UHGV virus genome: UHGV-1607176
DNA from: a virus
DNA length: 11,799 bases
Strand: one strand, 5' to 3'
The position numbers and the translations under genes were made by a program. Below the pieces are notes generated by a model. The model ran no database searches. It saw only the letters and a list, made by a program, of their open reading frames with translations, and was not told where the DNA came from. Shown here piece by piece: positions 1-7,217 of this stretch; within the stretch, counting starts at the first letter, position 1; each line of letters starts with the position of its first letter.

Positions 1-1
1 T

Positions 2-1273
2 TACTGTACCGTCGTAGTCCTTATCGAAATTCGTTATACGGCGCATACGGGCGCGGAAACGCGATGCCGTAGGCAACTGCCCGTAGATAGACGTACCGAC
101 GTAATCCGTGCTATTACCAGTAATCGTAGCCTGTACCGTGTAGATATCGCTCAACGGGTTGCGTTGAGAATCAATCATCTGGTACTGGAGTTCTACGGTT
201 ACGCTGGTGCGGTTATAGCCGCCGTCGTATTTGTAGAGGCCGTTCTGCCCTGCAACGTTAACGAGCACACGATCAACTTCTCCTCGCACCATGTAGTACC
301 AGTCCGTAAGAGATACGTCATAGGTGTTGCTTGGGCCTATAAACGTATCCGAACGCTCTGTAAGTGCGTAAGTCTCTCCGTTATTAAGGTTGCCCCAGTT
401 ACCTATATCCCCGACGTACAACCGAACCTCAAAGTCGTCGACGTATAAAACTTCAAACGAGCCGTTTAGGTTAGTGACGTCCTTAACGTCGAAATTGCTT
501 AACACTGCGACATCACCAACACTAAGAAACTCAGAAAAAGCAGAGTCACCCGACGGGTCATATAGGTAGCCGGTGGTCGAAATACGTTTGGCGGTTCCAC
601 CGGAGCTTGGGTTAGCCCCAATGTCGTTTGGCGCTTTGAGCACAATACCGTCAACGTCGTCATTGGAGTACGTCACATAGAGCTTCTGATCAATGACGTC
701 GCCGATTTGTACCTGCGGCGATGTGGTGTTGTTCGGTGACGTATACGGCGCGTACACGGCAACAGAGGAACCTGTGATGTCGCTTATCAGGGTGTCGCCT
801 TCCGTGACGCCATCGGCCTCAATATACAGATGTCCGCGCCCGGCGTCGTAGTACGAATACTCCAGCAAAGCACCAGTGGAGTTGAACGCTTTATACGTCT
901 GCATAAGGTCGTTAGGGATTGTCTGCACAGTCCCGCAGATGTCATAAGAGCGCTCGTAAGGGCGTGGTTTGTTTGAGCGGTCCGTGAGGCTGTTATTTGG
1001 CGATGTTGTCTGGTTGTTAGTCGCCGTATAGTTGGCGTTTGCGGACATGTTCAGGCCAAACAACTTAGCGATTGGCTTAAGGATAAAACCAAATACCTTA
1101 CTAACTGCACCAAGCGCCCCGCTACCCGCACCCTCAATAATATGGTACACGGCGTCTTCGTCTTTAAGCGCTTCGAAGTCGTCTGTAACATCAGTATCAT
1201 CGCCAATCTCGCCGAGGTAGACGCGCACAGGCACACCGTCCGGAATACGGCTAACAACAAACTCCATCGGCAT
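2..1273 (-). CDS. Tail-tip / host-specificity protein, 5' part only (3' end lies beyond the left window edge). A gpI-like N-terminal segment is followed in the same frame by a lambda gpJ-like N-terminal region.
   Basis: Manual minus-strand translation in codon phase 3k+2 is open from 1342 down to position 2 with no stop. It is absent from the ORF track because its stop is outside the window. First ATG is at 1273..1271 (alternative 1267..1265). Translation begins MPMEFVVSRIPDGVPVRVYLGEIGDD...DAVYHIIEGAGSGALGAVSKVFGF, continues through an internal Met (1048..1046, MSANANYTATNNQ...), and at the window edge reads ...IYGQLPTASRFRARMRRITNFDKDYDGTV. That last segment resembles the conserved G-LP...F-IRMRRMT segment of the lambda J N-terminal domain, recalled from memory. 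Position directly after the gpK-like gene fits. Confidence 0.6.
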   Translation of the reverse strand, partial: MPMEFVVSRIPDGVPVRVYLGEIGDDTDVTDDFEALKDEDAVYHIIEGAGSGALGAVSKVFGFILKPIAKLFGLNMSANANYTATNNQTTSPNNSLTDRSNKPRPYERSYDICGTVQTIPNDLMQTYKAFNSTGALLEYSYYDAGRGHLYIEADGVTEGDTLISDITGSSVAVYAPYTSPNNTTSPQVQIGDVIDQKLYVTYSNDDVDGIVLKAPNDIGANPSSGGTAKRISTTGYLYDPSGDSAFSEFLSVGDVAVLSNFDVKDVTNLNGSFEVLYVDDFEVRLYVGDIGNWGNLNNGETYALTERSDTFIGPSNTYDVSLTDWYYMVRGEVDRVLVNVAGQNGLYKYDGGYNRTSVTVELQYQMIDSQRNPLSDIYTVQATITGNSTDYVGTSIYGQLPTASRFRARMRRITNFDKDYDGTV

Positions 1274-1329
1274 CCCGACGTGTTTTGTACGGTCGAAAGC
1301 GCCATCAGCGTTTCGCGAGTAGTGCAGGA

Positions 1330-1695
1330 TTATCGCCAAAATTCAATCTCCGTGTACGTGTCTCTGAGGTCCGCCAGCCTGTCAAGCCGTACCTGGCGGG
1401 ATGCAAGCTCGCAATGACTCACCATCCCGTCGAAGTAAACTCCCGCATGCCACACGATACGACCCCCGCGGCGATAACCCATAAGCACCGCGCAGAAGTT
1501 TTCAGGCTTATCAATTTTTGTAAGCCCCTTCGTGTCACGGCGGCCTTCGTCAAACGCTTCGTTAATTGCCGTTGGGCTTGTAACGTCGAACGCAGGGGTT
1601 TCTAACCCGGCATCCGCGCGGACAATGCGCACGTGATGCCAGCAATTGCGTTTGCGAAAGTCGTAAGGTATGCCCGTGTAGTCGTTAATATTCAT
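1330..1695 (-). CDS. NlpC/P60-family tail protein (equivalent to the C-terminal peptidase domain of lambda gpK)
   Basis: 121-aa ORF with ATG start. Cys...His...His arrangement (RNCWHHV ... VWHAGVYFDGMVSHCE) is typical of the NlpC/P60 papain-like fold. Sits between the gpL-like gene and the gpI/J-like gene. Its start overlaps the upstream stop (ATGA). Confidence 0.6.
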   Translation of the reverse strand: MNINDYTGIPYDFRKRNCWHHVRIVRADAGLETPAFDVTSPTAINEAFDEGRRDTKGLTKIDKPENFCAVLMGYRRGGRIVWHAGVYFDGMVSHCELASRQVRLDRLADLRDTYTEIEFWR

Positions 1696-2207
1696 GTGGT
1701 CAACAGGCCGCGTAATAACGGTATCTCTTTAGGTGTCATCAGTATACCAGTGCTTCGTTGGTTCAGCATAGGTGTACCGACATCTGCGGAAAACTCGCCT
1801 TTCTCCTGATTGATGGCCTGTAACTCGTACACGACAGGGCCGTCCGCAGGATAAGACAGGTCGGTGCCGACGTAACGGCGGAATACAAACTTCGGCAACT
1901 CGGTGTTACTCATCGGGATTTTATCCATCTCATCATCAAGTTGATTGAGAATATCCGGTAGTGTAAACGTCGTCGTCTGGTCCATATCGCTGTTGTTAGC
2001 GGCCCCGGACGCCTCCATCGGGGTGGGTTCGAATGTTATTGTTTCGCCTGTCTCCAGTGTTGCCGTAAGTTCCTGCAGCCCGCGCACAAGATAATACGTC
2101 TTTGACAGCAACGGGTGGCTGATTTGCAACGTGATATAGTCCATCTCGCCGTCGGGGTTTGAGGCCAGCTTACGTCGATAGGCTGCTTCTACTGATTCCT
2201 GGCTCAT
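1692..2207 (-). CDS. Minor tail protein, gpL-like by position (weak sequence support)
   Basis: The track ORF 1692..2225 begins at a TTG (plus-strand caa at 2223-2225). The first ATG is at 2207..2205 and overlaps the stop of the upstream gene (ATGA), so that start is preferred. Segment FVFRRYVG loosely resembles a gpL motif. No C-terminal Cys cluster. Lies between gpM-like and gpK-like genes. Confidence 0.4.
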   Translation of the reverse strand: MSQESVEAAYRRKLASNPDGEMDYITLQISHPLLSKTYYLVRGLQELTATLETGETITFEPTPMEASGAANNSDMDQTTTFTLPDILNQLDDEMDKIPMSNTELPKFVFRRYVGTDLSYPADGPVVYELQAINQEKGEFSADVGTPMLNQRSTGILMTPKEIPLLRGLLTT

Positions 2208-2707
2208 GATTGCATAGGGTCCCAAATTCGTGGAAACGTTGATTGTGCGGTTCCATAGGCTTTAAGGAAACATCCCAGCCCATCGCCATAGCAACCGTAC
2301 AAATCCGGAAGATTGTTAATCAGGCACTGGTTCTCAAGGTCCTGGAACGGCGATTTCTCGGCGGTTGCCGTGAAGGTAATTGTCCAGTTAATCCCGTCTT
2401 CGGTGGACTCGGCGATAGTGGACGTAATGGTTACCTGATAATCTTCGATGCCCATGCCGAAGTCGTGCGCCATCCAGAAACTTGACGCACCGCCGTCTAC
2501 TTTTTCGAGGAACGACAGAAACGCCTGTCGCCCCATTGCGGATGTAATCAGGGTTACGCTCACCGGGAACACGTCGTAATACGTGTCGCGCCCCTGACGT
2601 ACACCGCCACCAGCTAAATCAACGCTCCAGACGTTGTTACGTCTGGTCATCGAGTAGCCTTTCGATACAATTGGCTTAAGGCTACGTGGGAAATATAAGT
2701 CGCTCAT
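2204..2707 (-). CDS. Minor tail protein, lambda gpM-like
   Basis: 167-aa ORF immediately downstream of the tape measure gene (start overlaps the TMP stop). Segment YYDVFPVSVTLITSAMGRQAFLSFLEKVDGGASSFWMAHDF resembles the gpM core pattern SVTLS...FLE..GG..SF-W, recalled from memory. Confidence 0.55.
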   Translation of the reverse strand: MSDLYFPRSLKPIVSKGYSMTRRNNVWSVDLAGGGVRQGRDTYYDVFPVSVTLITSAMGRQAFLSFLEKVDGGASSFWMAHDFGMGIEDYQVTITSTIAESTEDGINWTITFTATAEKSPFQDLENQCLINNLPDLYGCYGDGLGCFLKAYGTAQSTFPRIWDPMQS

Positions 2708-4725
2708 TATTTGAACCCCGGCGCGTTTCTTGTGGCCTTGCGAGCCTTGCTAATCTTACTGTTGCTGTTCTGCAAAGACGCGGCAACCTGTTCTTCAATG
2801 ATGATACGCAAACGGCCCTCATCATCTTGCTCAGTGGATACGTTGCCGATTTGAGAACTCGTGTTGTTTACGATAGTAACATTAGATGGGCCACTATTTC
2901 CGCTATTATTACCGTTTAACTGCTGCCGTGTTTGACTTGCATTGGTCGCCCTGCCAGAACCCGCCATCTTGATAATCTCAGGGCCGCGTTCACCAACCAG
3001 GTAACTACCGCCAGCGTTCATTTGCCCGCCTTGCTCACGCGCGCCGCTAATCTTGGCGATGTTCGCCACCCCCGCCGCGACAGCCAGACCCGCGGCAACC
3101 GGAGCGAGTGCCGGGCCGACAATTGGAATAGCAGCAGTTGATTTATAGGCTTCGATAGCAGCCGTGTAAGTGGCAATAGTCGCTTGCGTTATGGCGAACG
3201 CTTTGTACGCAGCGGACGTCTCCCCCAGTGCGGATTTAGCATCCGCTGCCATGCTGCCGAATGCGTCGGCGGTGGCGTTGGCTTGTGCAATATTGCTCTG
3301 TTCGTTCAGGTTACGCACTGCATTAGCGTATTCTTCTTCGCTGATTAGTTTCTGTTTAAGGAAATCGTCCAGTTGCTTAAGTTTGGCGTCATTCTGCCGT
3401 TGGATTTCCTCGAACTCTGTGCCACCAAGCGCCTGTAGTTTCTCCAGATATGCATCAGCATTGTTATACAGCGCATCTCGTTGTGCCTGAAACTCCGCCA
3501 TGATGTCACTTTTCGACTTCTCGTAGTCAGCGTCGCTTACGAGTTGCTTGTCGTGGAACTCCTGCAATTTAGCCAGTTTCTGTTTCTCTTTGGCGTCTAT
3601 CCGTTCTAACTCTGTTCCGGTGTTTGTGTCTATTTGAGCTATAAACTGGTCTGCGGCTTTCTGTGCGCTTTCCTGCGCGCGAGCGTCGGCGCGGGCTTGA
3701 GCATCTGCTCGTTTCTTAGCTGCGGCAGCGATACGATTCTGCCTGTCTATTTCCTTCTGTGCCCTGTCCGCCTTATCCTTTTCATACGTCTTCTCAGATT
3801 GCTCTACCCCTTTTCGCTCGGCTGCGCGGGTCTTTTCCTCCACACCAAGGTAGTTAAGTTCATTTCGCAGTTTATTTATTTCCATCTGCGCTTCTGGCGT
3901 TTTGGCGTTTATGCCGTCCAGGTAGGCGACCAGCCCTTCTCGAGCTCCAGGAACCCCAGCTGCGATTGCTTTCTGAGCAACTTCAATACTGCGTAACTCT
4001 TTGGCGGTCAACCCCGCAGCTTCCGCAGCGGATTCGTACTGGAAAGCCACGGCCCCGGCAGCGTCCCCGCCTTGGGCTATCTGTGATGCGGCAAGGTTGG
4101 TGGTCAACTTCTGAAACAGAGATTGGGCTTTTGTTACCTTATCAATAGCTTCAACAATCTTATCTGCGGTGGAGTTAGCCTGTATGGCGGTTGCCTCTAG
4201 TGCCTTATTAAGAAATGCCATCTTCTCCGCTGTTGTTGCCCCGACAGCGTCCAGTTTTTCCAGTGCGTCATTCATGTCATACACACCGGGTGTGGCCTCA
4301 TTAAGAGCGTCATCAAGGAACTTAGTAGCTTCCTCCAGTTGTTTAGCGGTATCCGTTGAGTTACTCAAAGACGCGTACAGCGCGCCGCCGATTACGGTGG
4401 CGATAGTCAATACCGTGCCCGCAATTGGATTGAATGCGGACACTAACTGACTACCTTGTTGCGTGAAAGCCGTGAGGGCGGACTGCCCCCCTTGGATTTG
4501 TACGATAAAGTCCTGTACCTGATACCCAGCATTACCTATTGACGCCCGCATCGCGTTCATCTTCGGGGTTGCCGCGGAGGTGGTGTCCGTTAGTTTCTTT
4601 GTGCTGGAATCCGCTTTCCCAGCGGAACTACTAAGGTTATCTAACTGCTTTGCTGCTTGCTCCGCTCCAGTTGCCTGGACTCGCACCATTAAACTCGCGG
4701 TATCAGCCATTATAATCGTCCTCAT
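2707..4725 (-). CDS. Tail tape measure protein
   Basis: 672-aa ORF, the largest in the window. Ala/Gln/Lys/Glu-rich coiled-coil-like central region. C-terminal GGSYLVGERGPEII-type motif typical of tape measure proteins. Canonical position after the chaperone pair and before gpM-like. Possible alternative start at 4710 (MADTASL). Confidence 0.85.
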   Translation of the reverse strand: MRTIIMADTASLMVRVQATGAEQAAKQLDNLSSSAGKADSSTKKLTDTTSAATPKMNAMRASIGNAGYQVQDFIVQIQGGQSALTAFTQQGSQLVSAFNPIAGTVLTIATVIGGALYASLSNSTDTAKQLEEATKFLDDALNEATPGVYDMNDALEKLDAVGATTAEKMAFLNKALEATAIQANSTADKIVEAIDKVTKAQSLFQKLTTNLAASQIAQGGDAAGAVAFQYESAAEAAGLTAKELRSIEVAQKAIAAGVPGAREGLVAYLDGINAKTPEAQMEINKLRNELNYLGVEEKTRAAERKGVEQSEKTYEKDKADRAQKEIDRQNRIAAAAKKRADAQARADARAQESAQKAADQFIAQIDTNTGTELERIDAKEKQKLAKLQEFHDKQLVSDADYEKSKSDIMAEFQAQRDALYNNADAYLEKLQALGGTEFEEIQRQNDAKLKQLDDFLKQKLISEEEYANAVRNLNEQSNIAQANATADAFGSMAADAKSALGETSAAYKAFAITQATIATYTAAIEAYKSTAAIPIVGPALAPVAAGLAVAAGVANIAKISGAREQGGQMNAGGSYLVGERGPEIIKMAGSGRATNASQTRQQLNGNNSGNSGPSNVTIVNNTSSQIGNVSTEQDDEGRLRIIIEEQVAASLQNSNSKISKARKATRNAPGFK

Positions 4726-4972
4726 TACGGCCTTCGAACAGTGCGTCTAGGCCCATTATTAAGTCTACCTCAAGCAACGAGAACGGCTGTTTATGCAACT
4801 CTGCGTACGCTGTAAGGTGGTGATATTGGAGCATTTCCCTTGGTATTAGCACATTATTGCGGCTTACAAACTTCAATGCGTAGTATTTATCCATTATTTT
4901 CATCATATCGCTCGGGCATTCCGGCGGGGTTTCCTCAGGCTCCTTCGGTACAGGTAACCCCATAGCCGCCAT
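4703..4972 (-). CDS. Tail assembly chaperone, gpT-like segment (possibly made as a -1 frameshift extension of the upstream chaperone)
   Basis: 89-aa ORF between the gpG-like gene and the TMP. Its reading frame is -1 relative to the upstream gene and stays open across the 89-nt gap back into the last about 7 codons of that gene. Weak ribosome-binding site before its own ATG. Confidence 0.45.
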   Translation of the reverse strand: MAAMGLPVPKEPEETPPECPSDMMKIMDKYYALKFVSRNNVLIPREMLQYHHLTAYAELHKQPFSLLEVDLIMGLDALFEGRNEDDYNG

Positions 4973-5061
4973 AGCGGCCTTGTGCCCGTCGGCGATGGAG
5001 TCGAACTCACGTCTCCTTTGCCGTATAACCCAGCGATACCTCGCATATTCGTAAAGCGCTT

Positions 5062-5478
5062 CTACTTTACAGATAAAGCTTTGCGGCTCTCAGCATGGTG
5101 TTGAGCGACAGCCCCTCCCAACCCTTTATACTCCTTCAACAGCTTGACCAACGCTTTCTTAGTGAACTTCTCCTCGAAGGACCACCCTACAACAACAACG
5201 GCAGCAAGTGCATCGTTAAGTTTAGCCAATTCACTGTTTAATTCCGTGTTATAGCGCGCCCAGTCCCCTTTCTCGCGGCACTCCGCGTCGAGCGGTTTCA
5301 GGCGGTCAAGGATGTCGCGGTAAGCGGAGATAAAATCCTTAGCTGCGGCGATTGAGTCGTCGCAGTCAGGCCCCATCACCTGCAACCACTCCCCTGAGTC
5401 ACTGCCGTCCGGTAGCAGGATAGGCATCTTAGTTCCCGCAGCGTGGCGGGACGCGAAATAAAAATCAGAAAGTTTCAT
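5062..5478 (-). CDS. Tail assembly chaperone (gpG-like)
   Basis: 138-aa ORF immediately upstream of the T-like ORF and TMP. AAGGA ribosome-binding site 8 nt upstream of the ATG. Assignment is by position and size class only. Confidence 0.5.
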   Translation of the reverse strand: MKLSDFYFASRHAAGTKMPILLPDGSDSGEWLQVMGPDCDDSIAAAKDFISAYRDILDRLKPLDAECREKGDWARYNTELNSELAKLNDALAAVVVVGWSFEEKFTKKALVKLLKEYKGLGGAVAQHHAESRKALSVK

Positions 5479-5571
5479 TCTTTAATCCTTTGGTTAAGAG
5501 GTTGTTGGTTAAAGAGAAATGCACCAGGCGGTAACCAACCGCTTTTCGTGCGCGACACTAGGTGCAAAATT

Positions 5572-5601
5572 ATTCTAACACACTACTTGCACACCCCAAT
5601 A
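5572..5601 (-). promoter_or_regulatory. Candidate extended -10 promoter for the minus-strand tail genes downstream of the island
   Basis: On the minus strand: TGtTAGAAT (reverse complement of plus 5572-5580), with a poor -35 (ATTGGG region). It is positioned to restart transcription of the chaperone/TMP genes after the terminator at 8131-8150. Sequence-only prediction. Confidence 0.3.
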
Positions 5602-5615
5602 TAATAGGGTACTAT
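5587..5615 (+). promoter_or_regulatory. Candidate sigma70 promoter driving the plus-strand island
   Basis: TTGCAC (5587-5592), 17-nt spacer, TACTAT (5610-5615), about 40 nt upstream of the first island ORF. A TATAAT at 5600-5605 overlaps but has no good -35. Confidence 0.35.
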
Positions 5616-5655
5616 TCACTTACACCAACGTTATTAACTTAAATAAGGAATTAAA

Positions 5656-5982
5656 ATGCGTAAATTAATCATAGCCATGGGTCTTATTTCTTTTTGCGCG
5701 GTAGGGTCCCAGTGTGAGCAAGTATATAGTGAAACCCCTTTAGTAACTTCCGGGGTGCTTGATTCAGCCCCTCCGTCTGCCGTTAGTGCGTTTAAAACCG
5801 CTGCTATTCGCGAATGTAATGCTGCCGTGCGCGCTGGCGGGTCTGGCCTTGGTCTTGAATTGATGACATCCCTTGTTGTTGAGTCTGTAGATGTTAACAG
5901 CCCCACTTTCAGCAGCCTACTGTTAGCCACTCGTTTGCAAATGGTTACAACCGGATGGTCAATAGGCGCAGAAAGTAAATAG
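5656..5982 (+). CDS. Small exported protein of unknown function (108 aa, N-terminal signal peptide)
   Basis: Strong ribosome-binding site (AAGGAA 6 nt before ATG). N-terminus MRKLIIAMGLISFCAVGSQC has a basic n-region, hydrophobic core and an A-V-G cleavage-type site. Not a canonical lipobox. Mature part is Ala/Ser/Val-rich with two Cys. Confidence 0.6.
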   Translation: MRKLIIAMGLISFCAVGSQCEQVYSETPLVTSGVLDSAPPSAVSAFKTAAIRECNAAVRAGGSGLGLELMTSLVVESVDVNSPTFSSLLLATRLQMVTTGWSIGAESK

Positions 5983-6047
5983 TTGCCTTTATTTAAAGGA
6001 ATGCACTGTGGTTAAATAGGACAAATCCTAAACACGAGGAAATAGGC

Positions 6048-7202
6048 ATGGCCCAGAAGAAAATAACCGACGAACAGTTACAGGAAGAATTGAACGCTGG
6101 GATGAAGAATATCGACATTGCTCGTAAATACGGCATCTCAGACCGCGTTATTCGTATCCGTAAAGCGAAACTAGCGAAGAAAGGCGTAGGCCACGGGCGT
6201 GACGTTAGCCACCTTGTGCCGGACGGCTACAAGATTAAGGGTACATCGTCTCTGGTTGATGAGTTAGGCAACACTAAACTGCAATGGGTTAAGACCGACA
6301 CCGATGCGGAACGTCAGGTCGAGTTAATGAAAGCCGTTGTGGACGAGATGAAAAAAGATTTACCCAAGTATAAGCCAGTCACTTTGGCCAAAAATGGGAC
6401 AGATGACGACTTATTAAATCTTTACACAATAACAGACCATCACATAGGGATGTTGGCGTGTCAAGAAGAAGGCGGGGATGATTACGACACCACAATCGCG
6501 GAATCTCTCGCGGTTGACTGGTTCAACAGTGCGGTTTGTATGAGTCCACAGAGTGGTGAATGTATCATTAACTTCTTAGGGGACCAAATGCACAACGACG
6601 GCATGAAGGCAATGACCCCTATGAGCGGTCATATTCTTTCAGCGGATAGTCGCCTGTTTAAAATGATACGCACGGCCATTAAGGTTATCAAGCTGGCTGT
6701 CTCACTGTGCTTGCGAAAACACAAGAAGGTTAAACTTCTTATCTGTGAAGGTAACCACGACCTTAGTTCTTCTCTGTGGCTCCGGGAGATGTTCTACGAG
6801 GTATACACAAATGAGCCTCGCGTCGAGGTTAACCGGGAGGTGTCACCGTATTATGCGTACAAGTTCGGGGATTGTATGATTTCAGCACATCACGGGCATT
6901 GTTCTAACTTTGCTAAGGTAGAGCAGGCTATAATCGGTAAGTACCGGGAGATGTACGGGCGGTGTAAGTTCACATATGTCCATACGGGGCACCTCCATCA
7001 CAGGGCGGTTAAAGAGACTAATCTGCTAATTGTTGAGCAACACCAGACATTAGCGGCTAAAGATGAGTATTCTAGTAAGGGCGGCTATTATTCAGGTAGA
7101 AGCGCAAATGTGATTACATACCACAAACGTTACGGGGAGGTGTCCCGCATAAGTATACCTGTCGAAATGCTGCGAGACATAAACCCAAAATCGACATACT
7201 AA
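6048..7202 (+). CDS. HTH domain fused to a calcineurin-like metallophosphoesterase (predicted phosphodiesterase/nuclease)
   Basis: 384-aa ORF with GAGGAA ribosome-binding site. N-terminal about 45 aa is helix-turn-helix-like (NIDIARKYGISDRVIRIRKAKL). It carries the full ordered metallophosphoesterase motif set: DHH (6435-6443), GDQMHNDG (6579-6602), GNHD (6750-6761), HHGH (6888-6899), GHLHH (6987-7001). Confidence 0.8.
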   Translation: MAQKKITDEQLQEELNAGMKNIDIARKYGISDRVIRIRKAKLAKKGVGHGRDVSHLVPDGYKIKGTSSLVDELGNTKLQWVKTDTDAERQVELMKAVVDEMKKDLPKYKPVTLAKNGTDDDLLNLYTITDHHIGMLACQEEGGDDYDTTIAESLAVDWFNSAVCMSPQSGECIINFLGDQMHNDGMKAMTPMSGHILSADSRLFKMIRTAIKVIKLAVSLCLRKHKKVKLLICEGNHDLSSSLWLREMFYEVYTNEPRVEVNREVSPYYAYKFGDCMISAHHGHCSNFAKVEQAIIGKYREMYGRCKFTYVHTGHLHHRAVKETNLLIVEQHQTLAAKDEYSSKGGYYSGRSANVITYHKRYGEVSRISIPVEMLRDINPKSTY

Positions 7203-7217
7203 AATATAGGTGAAAGT

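Noticed and set aside
164-1605. Plus-strand ORFs 164-448, 1032-1220, 1142-1417 and 1285-1605, and minus-strand ORF 1051-1305
   Set aside because: They overlap the continuous gpI/J-like and gpK-like coding frames. Two start with non-ATG codons and their translations look non-protein-like. The 84-aa minus ORF is in a different phase from the long open frame.
2932-4450. Several plus-strand ORFs inside the tape measure gene (2932-3141, 3170-3490, 3634-3996, 3966-4148, 4169-4450)
   Set aside because: They are antisense to a long, well-supported minus-strand gene. Their translations are Cys/Leu/Arg/Ser-rich low-complexity sequence typical of the wrong frame, with no ribosome-binding sites.
5600-5605. 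Perfect TATAAT hexamer as the island promoter -10
   Set aside because: The only upstream TTG-containing -35 candidate (TTGCAC at 5587-5592) is 7 nt away, and no acceptable -35 lies at 16-19 nt. The TTGCAC-17-TACTAT arrangement is preferred.
5634-5930. Minus-strand 98-aa ORF overlapping the signal-peptide gene
   Set aside because: The plus-strand ORF has a strong ribosome-binding site, a promoter upstream and a coherent signal peptide. The minus ORF is Arg/Pro/Ser-rich with no ribosome-binding site and would be antisense to the island transcript.
5983-6047. Possible promoter (TTGCCT at 5983-5988; TGgTTAAAT at 6009-6017) and a short AT-rich hairpin CCTTT-ATTT-AAAGG (5986-5999) between the first two island genes
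   Set aside because: The spacing between the -35-like and -10-like elements is wrong (about 23 nt). The hairpin is only 5 bp, AT-rich and has no following T-run. The second gene is more simply explained as co-transcribed with the first.
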